A model generated the notes under the pieces. The model was given only the letters and a program-made list of their open reading frames with translations, did no database searches and was not told the DNA's origin. From Iphione sp. A-MEVVRFRX5 (Eukaryota), in NCBI GenBank assembly GCA_976226885.1, contig OZ320321.1, forward strand, positions 58,714,001 to 58,778,000: 64,000 nucleotides of DNA, in the 5' to 3' direction. Positions 1 through 14,005 of this stretch are shown here, piece by piece. The number at the start of each line of letters is the position of its first letter. Within the stretch, counting starts at the first letter, position 1. The position numbers and the translations under genes are program-made.

Positions 1-204
1 TTTCTAGTAGCATTTAAAAAGTATTGTCATGATCTATATTAGGTTAACATTACAGAAGAAGCAGTGAATAGGAATATGGGATAAGTGAGGAGAGGGAGGT
101 ATGGTAGCTAATTTCACTTTAATTTCATACAGAATGTACACATGTTATACATCAAATTAAAGCTGAAAAATCAGACATTCTTATGGTGTATGTTTCTTTA
201 CATT

Positions 205-845
205 ATACCAGTGTGCTTCGCACGATTTTCCATTTTTCATATCTCATACATGAAAAGCGTAACTTTGCCGCATACACAGACTCGCGGTATTTTTACTGCG
301 ACGAATTCACCTGAGTTTCTCGGAAATTACCTTAGATTTGACGCTTTTCTGACGAATTCACCTGAGTTTTCTGGATTTTGGGACGATTATGCCTAAGTTT
401 TGACGACTTTTAGACGAATTCACCTGAGTTTTGATGGTATTTTGGTGGAAATCACCTGAGTTTTTGCTAAAATCTGATTATATTCACGAAAAGCGTAAGT
501 TCGCCGCCAAGCGGGAATTACAATCGTCCTGGTTCCCATACCTTAAGTTCACACGAAATCGAGGTGGGGGTACCAGGAGGAGTTCGGAATGTTACGCAGA
601 GTGTTGTCGAATCGAAATGTATAGACAAAAAGTTAATGGAACCATATCAGAAAGCTGCACTTATGATTTATATAAGTTAATTCTATCTTGGTTTGATCTC
701 AAATGGTCTAATTTCTGCCAATTTTAATGAGCAAAAATCGAATCGACATGGTTACGCCATTTTGAATCGGCTTTTTCACAGTGAATCTCCCAGAATTCAC
801 TTAACCAAACCGGATTTCCGACACGATGCCTTTTTATATAAGTAG
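205..845 (-). mobile_element. Non-autonomous Helitron-like element, copy 1, with internal tandem repeats
   Basis: Both ends are shared with 2981-3185 (ATACCAGTGTGCTTCGCAC at left; ATCTCCCAGAATTCACT...CGATGCCTTTTTATATAA-GTAG at right). On the minus strand the 3' end is a GTGC-GAA-GCAC hairpin followed by CTGG (CTRR-like). Internal GACGAATTCACCTGAGTTT repeats lie at ~300, 351, 414 and 449 (degenerate). Confidence 0.45.
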
Positions 846-2980
846 TGTAATAATATTCTCACTGAATGCTAAAGTATTAGATCTTTATAGTGTTTTAAAA
901 ATAAAAATATATACGGTACCAGTAAGAAAGAAAGTTGCTTCAAACGTTGTAGGAAAGAGCAAGATATTTTCTACTAGACTGCAAATTTCAAGAAAGATCA
1001 CTGCATAGGAAATATTGAGGCTTTTTAGTTAAAGTTACTGTATTTCCATCAGTTTTGGACCGTGATTGAGTCAGGAAACAGGTTGGGTGGATTTCCCCTC
1101 AAAAAACAACTCCACGCATGTTGCTAGCCCAGTTTCAGTAAGACGATAAGGGAAAAAGTGATGTCTACTTTTCATGAAAATACTTATAAGCCTAACAGCA
1201 TGTGGCAAGACCAAGTCCAGAGCAAAGTATGAAGGTGTCTAACAAGTTTTGGTTTCTGAAAGGTTAACGCATCTGTGAGATAACAGGTGGCAGTCTCAAT
1301 GCGCCCTTCTAAATCTGAAAACGTGCCTTCAGAGGGCGCGCCGGGCGGCTGCTGCCAGCATCCCTCCCTACGTCTCGCGCAGCCCATGTTTATCAATACT
1401 GAGAATGCGTCACTGGTGACATGTTAGGCTGGAAACTGCGCCGACTTAAAGTGGATATAAGTTCACGGTAGCCGTATCACACGTCCGAAAGGTAAGTTGT
1501 AGCTTATTTCGTCACGTGGACAACTGAAGCGTGTATAGAACGTCGAATTGTTCAATCAATCGGGTGGAACAATCTTGAATATACTGTTAGCGATGAGCGA
1601 AAACAGGGGATTTTAGTCCACCTGTCATCGCATCCTGCCGAAGGACTACGAGTCTTTCCCAAAAAAGTAACATCGGGAGGCAGACTTCTGATTCAAGCGA
1701 GCTATAGACAGTATCATGACACCGTTTTTATCGTCACACCACAACAAACGAGGGAGCTAAACAAACGAGATGCAGTCCTGACAAACCTCTACCCTGCCAA
1801 GTCGGCGGGAGTCGGTGAGAGAGCATGGGCCGCGGGCAGGGCCAGCCGTCCTGACGGGCGACACGACGTCAGCTCTCTGCTGGTTACAGTATGACTCATC
1901 GGCCATGGGAGTATGCTCCGATGAACAATCTTCGCTATTGCACCATGCCGCAAGAGTGGGAGTCTAAATTACGACATGACCCACGTTCGAACAGCAGTAA
2001 TGTAACTAGATTTGGCATCGTGTTACCGAATCGAGGGTTTGCGGCCGCAAAGCATTACTCCATCAGCAGTTTGCTGACGCCTGAGCGAATTCCGGATATC
2101 GGTGCTGTTCGTGGCGTTATGTAGCGTAATCGATCTACCTTATGTGTTTGTTTATGTGTTTAAGTGATACATTTTATGGCACGATATGACTTTGGCATCG
2201 TTTTATACCACCACCCGACACGACCATTGGAATTGATTTTTTTTTGGGGGGGGGGGGGACCCATGATTTTCAATTGAAAAAAAAGGTATTTTGTCTGCTG
2301 GAAGAGAAGTATATACACGTGCACTGACCAGGTAATGTAACTTTTAATGATGCGGGTCATGGTAAAAAAAAGAGAGACATTTTATGTTCCTTTTTGTTTG
2401 GAGGCTTCGTTTGTATACACAAAAAGGAAGTTATGGGCTATGCAATCCTTCCTAAAACAGATGTGCATGCAGTACGTCCCCTCGAAAATGCAACCACCCT
2501 TGGTTCCAATCTTATTTGGCCGGAATAGGGAGTGGTTGCATTAATAAAGCGTTGTGCATAGGAGTGGTCAGAGTTCCAGGTTATCAGAGAGACACTAGGA
2601 GAGGTTTGGAGCGGTATGGCGATGTGGTAGCTGGGTTAGGGAATAATACAGTTCTGAGATCAGAATGACGCTAAGAGATGTAGGAGGACATATGAAGGAT
2701 ACTATGAGTGGTGTACGAATGTGGTAGCACAATGAGAGGGATTTTAGAGTTCCAGGGTGTAGGGTGTGAATCAGAAGGACAGTAGGAGAGGTATGAGCAA
2801 TGTGGTCAGAGGGTGAGGGAACGTGCTCCAAGAACATGAAGGCGGTCGTTTTCCTGAAGAATGTTCATACTAGATTTTAATGAAAACAAATCTGTTTCTA
2901 TATAGGATAATTGCTTGGAATAGCGAAGTGGATGGTTTATGGAAGTGCTTGCAGGGTGAGGGTTCACTGTATTTAATTAC

Positions 2981-3185
2981 ATACCAGTGTGCTTCGCACA
3001 ATTTTTGATTTTTCATACTTTAACATTTATTTGAACCTCCTCTAATCAAAATTGGAGCATTATAAGTGAAATGGCAAAAAAAAACAACCTCCCATGATGC
3101 AAGTGCAACCCAGAATGCAACATCTCCCAGAATTCACTGAAACCGAACTGGAACTTCCGAAACGATGCCTTTTTATATAAGGTAG
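2981..3185 (-). mobile_element. Non-autonomous Helitron-like element, short copy 2
   Basis: Same two terminal sequences as 205-845 with a shorter, different interior. Confidence 0.45.
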
Positions 3186-4942
3186 TTGACAAGTGAATAG
3201 ATTATGTACAGTTTAGAATTATAAATTGATGAAAAAGGCTGGGAACTCCTGAGAACGGATTGAGTGGCTTTAATAAAAACAACCCAAGTTTAGTTTTGTT
3301 GAGCCATGCTTAAATGCTCATAGATATATCGGAAGTTTATTTTTATATTAAACTTGCTATTCAGCAAGAAAGTGCCGTGCTATTAAAAATGGAGGTGGTA
3401 TGCTGTCAATAAATTACCCTCCAAAAATACGCATTTTTACTTTATATCCGTTCAACCATAGGTAACACATTATCAATAAGGTTACAAGAATTAAGCTTGA
3501 TTTCGCCCTTTCATTTGCGAATTCCACTTTGCATAAAACCCAACACAACTCATTGGCCCTGACGATGTTTGCTATATGTATACATGTACATACATCTACA
3601 TGCAAATTACTCGCATAAATGGCCGAGTTTAGATTTCTGTCAAGAAACAAATGAAACTTCCCCATATATGGAAATAGTTTAGTACTGTATCTTCCAACGC
3701 AGACAAGAGTGTAATCTGTGTTGTCCACGTCCTAGTTTTAAGCGCTTCTTAAGAGTGCGGCTGTCATGATTGACCCTAGGAAGATGGAGCACATGGACCA
3801 TCGGTTACCACCTATTGATATTGAACCATGTGGTGCACCATTTTTTTTGCTAAGGTCAGACTTACACCATTCCCTATCACTTTGCAGCCAGTATATTTGA
3901 ACGGTTATCTTAAATGTGTAGTGAGTAATATTCAGTAATCATATGGGACAGAGCACTACTGAAGACTAGTGAAGACATATGCTCCTGTGTTTTATATAAC
4001 ATTCAATGTTCTCAACATGTTTTTTTTAAATACGGGATATATGTACACTGTACATGTCTATGAATGTTATGTTATACCTCATAAGCATCACGATAGTCAA
4101 CTGTTTTGGGCTAACACAGGAGGATTGGATACCAAGTGGCATGTATCATACTTAAAAAGGTGTTCCACGATGGTACCGAACGATTGATATGATACTGCAG
4201 ATACCAGTGGTTATTGCCCTGGTTGCTGTTGATAAAGGCCAATTTTTTCCAGCAGTCTGGATTGTGGGTCGGGAGCACAGCTCACTCCATGTCTATCCGG
4301 AAACGATGGGCCGGATTTCCGGATTCTGAAGCATTTTTACAGACATGCACAGAATGCGCTGTGTCTCTGGACCGGAATACAGAGGTGTGGATATACATGT
4401 ATAGAAGTAATTCAAGCTGCACCTGCCACCATGTAAGAACTTTTTGTTGAAAATACAGGTCTTTGTGTTCAAGTATGGGTTGTGCATTCACTTCGCCAAT
4501 TAATAGTACATGTACATGATCATACGTGATCATGTATACGTACTTTTCTTGGTGCATTTGATAATGGTATCCAAAGAAATTTGAAGCTCCCTCTCCTAAA
4601 AGTTCGAAAATTGCTCAAGTATTTTGAAAGATAATGACCTAGTCTCCTTTCGTTTCCGCGGCATGGCGGAACTGGAGACCTTCGACCCTTGCGACATATG
4701 TCATCACAGAAATACAACACGTTTTTATGAGTAAAGGTTATCCCTCAGTTTCAAAATGGAGACTTAACGTTGTCAACCTCAAGTCAGTATTTCAGTTAGT
4801 TGCTCATGTGTTCTCGTGATAATTACTGTTGGACTTTCCACAATATGGACAATATGTTTGAAAGCATGATAGATATTTTGATATAATAGCTTTATATTAG
4901 CGGCATAAGATATTTATCGGACGAGGACACGTGTTACTGTTA

Positions 4943-5251
4943 GGCACTATTCATATTTATCATGATTTTTCCGTTCAGTGTCCACACACGGGGCAGATAT
5001 TTTTGCAGCCCTATTTGACTATTGTAGGTATTCACACATGGACGGATTTTTCTGCGTCCACACATGGGGATGGATGTCAAACCATTGAGGATGGGTTTGG
5101 GTCTGGATACATATGCAGATTCCATAGATGCAATGACGAAGTTCCAACTGGTAAACATATGTATTCAATTAAACTAAAGACACTACAGGGGGTTTCTCTG
5201 CATCTGCACACGGGAACCAAATTTTTCCTCAGGCTGCATGTGAAATGCCCG
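4943..5251. mobile_element. PIF/Harbinger-like MITE (family A), degenerate, opposite orientation to the 11977 and 32246 copies
   Basis: Interior GGATGGGTTTGGGTCTGGATACATATGCAGATTCCATAG is the reverse complement of ~32370-32410. Degenerate TIRs; flanked by TTA/TAA. Confidence 0.5.
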
Positions 5252-5349
5252 TAAGGTAGAAACATATATGTGTATGTTATCGGCTGTGTACACATGTACA
5301 TGTATCTGTAAAAAAAAGCCGTGATATACCTCCTGCTGTGTTTATTTAA

Positions 5350-5578
5350 GGCCTTCTGTATACAATACCAGATGTTTTTCTACCACTGGGGTCTATGAGA
5401 AATGGATGGGTGTCCATAAAACTCCATCGCCGATGGATGTACTCTTTACGGGTACAGATCCGTAGCCATAGATATGGCCACATGTGAACTTCTCCCTCGA
5501 TTGTCTATAGAACAGGTATTTTCCTACGTCTACGGACCCTTAGCCATAGTAAAATATGGATGCATGTGTACACGGCCC
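5350..5578. mobile_element. Degenerate Harbinger-like MITE related to the interior of 57573-57814
   Basis: GGCC...GGCCC ends; GGATGGGTGTC is the reverse complement of GACACCCATCC at ~57632. Confidence 0.35.
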
Positions 5579-8162
5579 TACTCAGGTTATGTTATAAAGT
5601 TCTTTGATATTTTTCATTTAACCAACCTAGACCTTATTAAGTATAGTGTATGAGTTCCAGGAAAATATATGTACATGTATCTATTGCTACGTTATGACCC
5701 TAGTACTTTGACGCTGAATATGAATCAAGCTCAGTGAAAAAAACAAAACAAAAAAACTTCCGTAGCAGTCAGTCGCCATATCAAAAATCGGGATTCGATG
5801 CAGAGAAAACCTCACGAGTTTATATAGAAGCTTTCAGTATTCTCGTAATATATTAAATGGCGTGTATGTAGAACGTAGCTTACAGCCGCCTTGCATAAGG
5901 TGGTATGTTCTCTGGAGCTGGACAAGGGATACCCGACTATTATCCGCACGCAGGCCGGTCTGAGGGCCTCAGAGAAGCTCGCGCCCATTGAGACTGCCAC
6001 GCCTGGCACCTCGGACGAGAGGAAAGGCTCATATAAGGAGACTAGCGGTGGCTTGCGTCGGGCAGCATAATAAGTTAGTAGGTGCACATAGGCAGGTCGA
6101 TTGATGCACTCACGGGGCCATTGTTCTCCTCTCGGCTACTCCGGAAGGCATCGGGGGACTGCACTTTCAAGTGCTTTAAAGTATCCTTGGATAGCGAGCC
6201 AGTACTCAAGTGGGCAGCGATCGGGGGGGGGAGGGTCCGGCCTGCAGGTCGAGAAGTCATTGTCCTGGGCTCCTTGGCTGGCACTGACTAGCAAATAGTG
6301 GGCGACGGACCGCACGGAGTGGGCCGTCACCGGAACAACACAGGAGAGACGCAGGTGGAACGCGCGCGCGCGTCGTGCCGGTGGGTGGAGCGCGCGGGGG
6401 CGTATCTCGACAAACCATGGAGGAGGTCCGCATCGTCTAGTTACCCGTATTGCCTCGGTGGGGGCGGGGGGGGGGGAGTGTGTGTATTTGGCTAACCTAT
6501 AAGAGCGTCGCGCTTTTATGTTCACCTCCCCCTCGTCTGTGCGACCACTGCTCTCTGTTCGTGTGTACATGTACTTTCTCTTTGCGCTGTATATTTACAT
6601 GTCGATAACGCACAATACGCAAGCCACCAGTGGTAGTAATGAGCATTGTAATATTTACGTGCACAGGCTTTGGAAGGGTCAAAAGTCTATCTCGAGGTAA
6701 AAGCTTATTGAAGCTTTCTCGTTCTCGGTAAGCTACCAGACACCAAGGAGACACCACAAGGTGGAAATCGTCTTAGTTATATCATATAAGTTCTTTTTCT
6801 AGTGCCTGTCACACTCAGATCTCGCGCAAGCATTGCGTCATTTTCAAGTATATTCATTCTGCCTGCTATGCTTGTTTGTCTTTCATGGCCGCTCTGAATG
6901 ATATCCTTGGCGTCTACAATCAGCAGCACTGTTGGAGGTGGTTGCTATGGCAACAGAATACCGCAGGACAAGGGTCTCGTGCCTGGTGACACCGGAAGGT
7001 GGCGCTAAGGCAGCAGCCACTCTCTGTGGTCGGTTGCCCCGATATAGCGATGACAGTTTTGGGTGGGAGCAAATTCCTCAAGTGTTTATGGAGCTTTTTC
7101 TGCCGTTGTTTAATCTTCACTTTTGCACTACACGCAGTAACCGTTTGGTTAAGTTCTTTTGACTGGCTCCCCGTTGGTCGACTGTTGAGGGTGTTATGTT
7201 ATCGGTAAGTTCCCGACAGGTGGGCTCATAAATTGAAGAAATAAACTTCAAAAAGGGCGAATTACCCTCGAGCTTGCACATGATGCGTATATCAAAGGAT
7301 AGAGGTCTTAGTTGAACTTGATTAAACTCATGGATAGTTACGTGTACAGTGTAGTTTCTCAGGGAACTGACTGTGAATGGCCAGCTTTAACATGCTTCAT
7401 TCAGCAGTGACAGTCCATAATACGCGAGTAAAATCATCAATAATTACATCAGATGAGTGGTTGATCTTCGCAATTTATACTTCACTTGAAGTAAAGGTAA
7501 TGGCTCAGATGCACGTTCCAAACTTAATTGCCTTCTCTTCGCGCTGACAAAATCAGCCGTCCGAGTGTCAATATACAGCATTGGAAAGGAAATGATTTAT
7601 ACTATAATATGCCCTTTTTCACCGAGAACCTGGAATGCTTTTCCGAAGTTAATGCTATATATATAAATCCATATGTATATGTGCATGCATCCATATGATA
7701 TATTGGGCAGAGACAGCACTGAGGTAAAACGACTCTCTTTTTATTCAGTATCGTATACGGAATACCCCACTATGTTTGAGTGATGATAAAGCAGTTATGC
7801 CTCATCGGTAGAAGACAAACACTTGGCATTTGCATGATATTTTGAGCACTCTGTATGAGCCCTCTGTATGCCAGTACAAAACCAGGTGTTTTGTTATCTA
7901 TGTATTTATCCACAAGATACATACTTATATATTATATATCTCATGTACTGTAGACATGAAAGTATTTATTGTGGGAATGTGTCAACATATCTCCCAGGGT
8001 ATCAGGTAAAAAATCAGATTGATTTTTTAAACTAAATATTATGAGCAGTTGATTTGTGTGAGAGATAAACCGTGATGAAAAAAAGGACACCTCCCTGCCA
8101 GTTCGGAATAAGGAACGTGTGGACCACTGGTTCATGACGCAGCAATCAGTGGCTCACAGTTA

Positions 8163-8357
8163 GGAATGAATGCCGGTTGCAATGGCCGCCCATCTTAATG
8201 GCCGATGATCTATATGGCCGCCCATGGTCTCTTATGGCTGGTATTTTTCTGTAAATATGGCCAATCCTAACCCTAACCCTAACCCTAACCACTACAGGAC
8301 ATATTGACTGACCACCCCGGCCATGTAAACCCAGCCATAAGTTACACCGGCCATTCC
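8163..8357. mobile_element. Small MITE-like element with subterminal ATGGCC(G) repeats and a central telomeric tract
   Basis: Imperfect TIR (GGAATGAATGCCGGTTGCAA vs TTACACCGGCCATTCC). ATGGC(C/T) occurs about 5 times on the left arm and inverted (GCCAT) 3 times on the right arm. Confidence 0.4.
8266..8290 (-). repeat. Interstitial telomeric repeat, ~4 x TTAGGG
   Basis: CCTAACCCTAACCCTAACCCTAACC read directly. Confidence 0.9.
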
Positions 8358-11300
8358 AACAGGTGAAAGCACGCTCGACTTAGTTTTCGTCCCTTCTCCG
8401 AGGGAAACATTTTAAGAGCTGATGGCCATCCTCATTAGAGAACACCACCAATAGGCTGCGGTTATAAGAGAAAGTGAGAACACGTTTAGCACGACCAGAC
8501 GGGAGCGTGGCCGGAAGGGACGGCGGGCAGCCAGAAGCAAATTAGACGCAGAGCGGCTATTGTGCACGGCAGAGGACTGTAATAGTCATATACCGGAACA
8601 TCCGACATGCGATTAACCCGACGGGACGCTACCATGGCGTGCTGGCCCCCGGGGGGGGGCGGGGGGGGGGGGAGAGGGGGGGGGAGAGGGGGGGGAGGGG
8701 TCCCCGTGTCCCGCGGATGTGTGCACCGCTGGAATGTGCCTGCCAAACTCGCGTTTATGATCCACCGTGGATATCGACCTTACCCACGAGACCCTGTCAT
8801 CTCTTTTTTTAAAAACTGGATTCATTATCATATTTTAAAAAATAATATCTTTTCGAGAAGAAATTCTGTTGTAATAATGACAGGCCGTCTGCTGATATCT
8901 GTCAGTTGTAGAAAGTCTTGCTCGTACATTATAGATTTATATACATACTGAATATAATACTTACATGTAGGTGAATATAGGTGTATTGAGAGCACTTCTT
9001 CCAGAACTCTAGAATTTATCAGAATTGTGCTGCTCAAAAAACGAAATACATACAGAAGCGGCATCGGAACTTGAAGCCCATTCAGGGCGGTTTGAACTCA
9101 GGCTTAGGATCCTTTGCAATACTGGGGAGATCCATGTATTTTAGTGACAGCGTTCTTGACTTCTGGACAGTCAAGGATTCGATAATCGGTTTGATGTTAC
9201 CAGTTTGCCGTCCAGTTAATGCATACCTCTCTCTCCGCCTTCATTTTACTGTCCGCACGCATTCTTATATCAATGAAGTCATTAATGAATCACTGAATGC
9301 GTGACTAGTCACTCTTTATAGTCGTATATGGATTAGAAACATTATTTATCTACATGTATATAAAGAAGCTTTTCCTTTAAAAAGAATGATTCGTCCGCCT
9401 CGTACGAAACAGGTTTGGACAGAGTAAAGCAGAAGTCTTCGTAAGTTTGAATATTGTATTGAGATGGACCCTAAACCATAAACGAGAGCCGTGCAGTAGG
9501 TCTAGGATCCTGTGGCATTCCTACCTGCACACATCACCTGTCCGGCGTACCTGCCAGGCACAAATGATGCTACTCGTGTCACTTGTCGGGTTTACATTGT
9601 CCACACTCGGACCTGGCCTCTTGCCCAGCCTGGAAGGTTGTCTGTCTGTGTGGTGGAGCGGGAGGGGGAGGGGGTCAGAATGAATCCGTCTCGTAGAGAG
9701 GCAATGGGTTCTCGCTCGCTTCATCAAACTCTCGAGTGTCAGCTGACCTTGGCTGACAGGCAGGAGTTCAATCAAATGATTAAATCCCACCGGCTCGTCA
9801 CCCCTGCATCATTGTAGTGTGGTATACGGTCAGGCTATATGTTTGCTCACTGAGGTTCATAATCAGTTTCCATACACAAGTCCCAGAGGACTTCCTGGAT
9901 GACCTTCCCTGGGCGTAACGCCATTAAACAATTTTGGTTCGTGCTTATTGGGTTATCATGTGCTGGGGGACAGTGAATATTTAAAGGGTGATCCGTGGCT
10001 TACATGCACAATGAATACTTAATGTCGCTATCAGAATTGTATGCAGCGTGTCCTGCCTGAGTCCCTTTTCTGTGATAGTTACAGTGACGATGGTGGCGAC
10101 AAGTCAATTTCCATGTCGTTTCATGTTTAGTGCTTTTGCCTAGAGCGGGTGTTGTAATTGAAGCATAGCAAGAATGGTGTGAATTTCAACCTGACGCATT
10201 TGAAAAAAATACTACTAGGTTTATTCAGACATCCGTATATCCTAGAGGACTTAAATTTTTATTTTATGCAGATTTATTTGATGAACCTGTCGTTTAATGG
10301 GAACATTTAATTTTGTCAGGTTGGCCGACTCGGGGTCAGAAGGTCAACTATGGGTATGTGGGGTTGCATCTTTGAATAACGCGACTTTTTCTTATGGCGT
10401 GTGATACGATTACAGTTATCATCCGAAAATATTCACAGCTTTTCTACACACCATTATTTACATGTACAGACAGATGTAAAAAAAAGTCTATTCGCTGTGG
10501 CTGCCAGAATATTGTCTAGAGTACAGATTTATTCGAAGCACTGAACCGTTATATAATATAAACATTTAAGCTATTGTTACTGCTTATGTTAGGAAACAAT
10601 GTTTAGAGAGCATTGGAAATTGAACATCCGTAGTAGGGAGGTTTGACCAATATGTAAATATATATATATTTCGCGTTGGAGTAGGATTAGGGCTTGGTGT
10701 GCGATGCCAGCGCAGATGTAGGAAGAACCCGCTATAGACGTTATTGATCACAGCCAAAGTTGGAATTTTTATCTGTCCCTCGGATGTCGCAGTGGACTCT
10801 GGTGTTATGAGCGCACGCTGCACCTCTATCCTCCACCTACATTGGGGATGGGTGGCGGTGGGGGGGGGGGCGGATATTGCGATTTTATTCATCTCTTACG
10901 TGAGGACCTTTGCCTGCCGACCGGTTCCACCGCGCCAACATGTTTGATAGAAATGTTGACTCCATTAGGTTATACCTTCTTCTCATACTATTCCCCCCTT
11001 CTTTTTTTGCAAGTATCCCTTCCTTGGCGTGTGGCCCGAATCGGCTCACGACCCCCCCCCCCCCAAGGGGGCGGGACGTGTCATTTACCTTGATGCGGGT
11101 TGAATCGAACCACCACAGGTGGTCATATGACAAGTTATTTATATAACAGTGCAACGACACATTTACTGTGCAGGCCCCTACTGCCAAATAGCAGCAGTTG
11201 GCGGCGACTCGTCCACAGTGTGTGTCACGGACGTGAATATATATATATAGAAAGTATTGGCGAAATTTGATTAACTACGTATCTTCCCGGCCAAACCTTA

Positions 11301-11976
11301 AAACTCGCGGCTCTGCGATAAAGGAAACTTGACCAGCACGCTGGCCGCGGTCACGGCTGAACTTTTAATCCCAATTAGGCCGGCGACGTGTGTCTGTGAG
11401 GTCGATCGATCCGAGGGAATCTGCATAGTCAATGTCTGCTATTCAGTTCGGCCGTGATTAAATCGGCGGGGCGGTCAAGGTACGACCGTCTTTCGAAAGC
11501 AATTATCCAACTGTGTACTTCAGAGACGAACGACATACATCTCAACGGAGCGAACAACCAACAGTTGGGGGTTTTATTTCGTATGCGAGGTTGCTATACG
11601 GGCTGGGAGTGTCCACGGTTTCCGAGCGGACCGATTTTCTCCTCATTTCGTCTCGGATGTTGGTGGGTGGGTGGATTATCAGCGGTTATCGAACACCGTT
11701 TGTGATGTAACAACTCGGAATTGTGGCCAGGGACGGCCCTCGTCCAGCGATACATAACTGTATCGTAAACCGTGCGGCCCCAGACCAGCTGATATCATTG
11801 CACAGCCAGGTTATCAACTTGTATCACACAACTCCGCTACAGCTACTGCACCTGGTAATTACTTTTCTGACCTTTTCCGATTCGGCTCTCTCTAGGAGTG
11901 ATTGCTTCCACTGTATGACACAATGCTGCATATTTTCTAAGCTTCACTTTGCCCGTTTTAGGTACATATGTACTAA

Positions 11977-12285
11977 GGGGCTGTTCACATGTAAGCGGAC
12001 CATAATCTGGCCCCATGTGCAGATGCAGACATCTCCCCTCCAGAGATTGTTAGTTAATTGCTTTCATATGGGTAGCACATGTCTCTTCACCATTGCTTCC
12101 TATGAAAATCCGCGTCCATATCCAGACCAAACCCATCCCAGGTGGTTTTACATGCATCCCCGTGTGGGGATGTGGCTAAATTTGCACATATGTAATTGAG
12201 TACAATGGTAACTGGGGGCTGGGAGAAAATACGTCCCCATGTGCGAACACGGAGCAGATAAATCTGTGTACATGTGAACAGCTCC
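11977..12285. mobile_element. PIF/Harbinger-like MITE (family A)
   Basis: TIR GGGGCTGTTCACATGTA / TACATGTGAACAGCTCC; flanks TAA and TTA (non-identical); interior similar to 32246-32556. Confidence 0.65.
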
Positions 12286-13581
12286 TTAGAGATTCAATTT
12301 CTCAGACATGAGGTTAGAGCTTGTGAATGTATGGTTCAGCTCTTCTTGTATTTTACTCAAGAAGTAGTTATGTCCGCCAATTTTTACCCACAAAGAATTC
12401 TACATAGACACATATTTTAACTATACATGTAGATACAATGTACATGCATTTATCCGGGAATTGTGTGAAAGGTGTTGCACACTTCATGAGAGTTTTACCT
12501 CTTCCCCCCCCCCCGTTCCTGCTGGTTGTTGTCTCTCAACTCTTAATGTTTTGCGTTGATTGATAGCGACATTTCGACTTAGATGAGTAGATCCGAGACA
12601 TTTGCCCCGCTTTTCCCGCGTGACCCTTGCTCTGAGTCATAAATGCGGGTCTCGCGGTACTCAAGGCAGCAATTCTTGCTTGCAGTCCGCTGTATAGTAA
12701 AATTATGCCTATTTATGCCCTAGAATGTACATGTACTTATGTATTATGTATTGTAAAGTGAAGATGACAGTGGTACCGCCAGCATTGCACGTACATGCGT
12801 TCTCTATTCCAAATTCCTAAACATGTACATGTACAGATATACTAGGTGCGTGACATTCCGTAACCTATGATTCAGAGCTTTTTTCTAATACTCTCCACAC
12901 ATAATATTATGTTCTCGAGATTCTGGACTCATTGGATGGAACGCACTGTTTGTTAGATGTTACAAATTTCATAATTATATATGATGTAAATATATTGCTT
13001 ACATATGAAGTTATCGTTATATACCGGTTCTTTTTTCTGTGTGTCTGTCCATTTGTACGTTGCATTTTCTATCTTTCTTTTTGTTTCCTCCATCATTCCT
13101 ACATTTTCCCCTTTGAATTCTTCTGTCTGTCCGTTCATCTCCTCCTCCTGTCTGCCTCCTTCTGTCCCTTTAAAGGTATCTTGGTGTGTTGTTTGTAATC
13201 AACACTTCTGTCTGTTATGACACGATGGCAGTGATACATATCGTGACTTTTTCCCTCTCGCCTGGAGGAGACTTTTCATCCGCCATTATTGGCTCCGTAC
13301 TGCTGGAGGCTGACTGGTCGCCATTGACGATTGCCCCGTCGACTCGGATGCACCATACAGGAGCATGCTGAATGGCCCGCAACCGCGTGGATTTCCATCG
13401 CAGTCATTTACAGCAAAAAAAATCCACCCCGTCCTTCTGGCAATTTATCCTGATATCAAAGGCTGCAGTCGTGCCCTGTCTGTCAACATACAGCGCTTTT
13501 GTTTGTAGAGCCTTTTTCTCACTGGAATTGGAAACCTTCCGAACTGGATGCATTGGCGCTGAATGTTGCTTCATGACCGAA

Positions 13582-13715
13582 NNNNNNNNNNNNNNNNNNN
13601 NNNNNNNNNNNNNNNNNNNNNNNNNNNNNNNNNNNNNNNNNNNNNNNNNNNNNNNNNNNNNNNNNNNNNNNNNNNNNNNNNNNNNNNNNNNNNNNNNNNN
13701 NNNNNNNNNNNNNNN
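13582..13715. other. Assembly gap (N run)
   Basis: Run of N. Confidence 1.
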
Positions 13716-13964
13716 GATTGTCTATGTACTGACCGTATAGCCACCCCTTTGCCCTTGTCACTCTCCAAACGGTCTTTCTGAATTTGACTTATCCATGCAA
13801 ATTCCCCACTGCACTGTTTGCTCGTCTAATTTGTAGTCAACTCTCAGTTCTGTCCCAAAACGATGGGTTAGGTGTTAGAGGGACCGAATAAATTTCAACA
13901 GACAGTATGTCGCTGGGGGACTTGGCCCTGTTTGAAACTTTGGTTTGGAGTCCACAATGAATAA

Positions 13965-13968
<4 letters not shown>

Positions 13969-14003
<35 letters not shown>
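13969..14003. repeat. (TA)n microsatellite preceded by AATAAA
   Basis: GAATAAACCT followed by ~17 TA units; possibly the tail of an old + strand retroposon. Confidence 0.85.
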
Positions 14004-14005
<2 letters not shown>

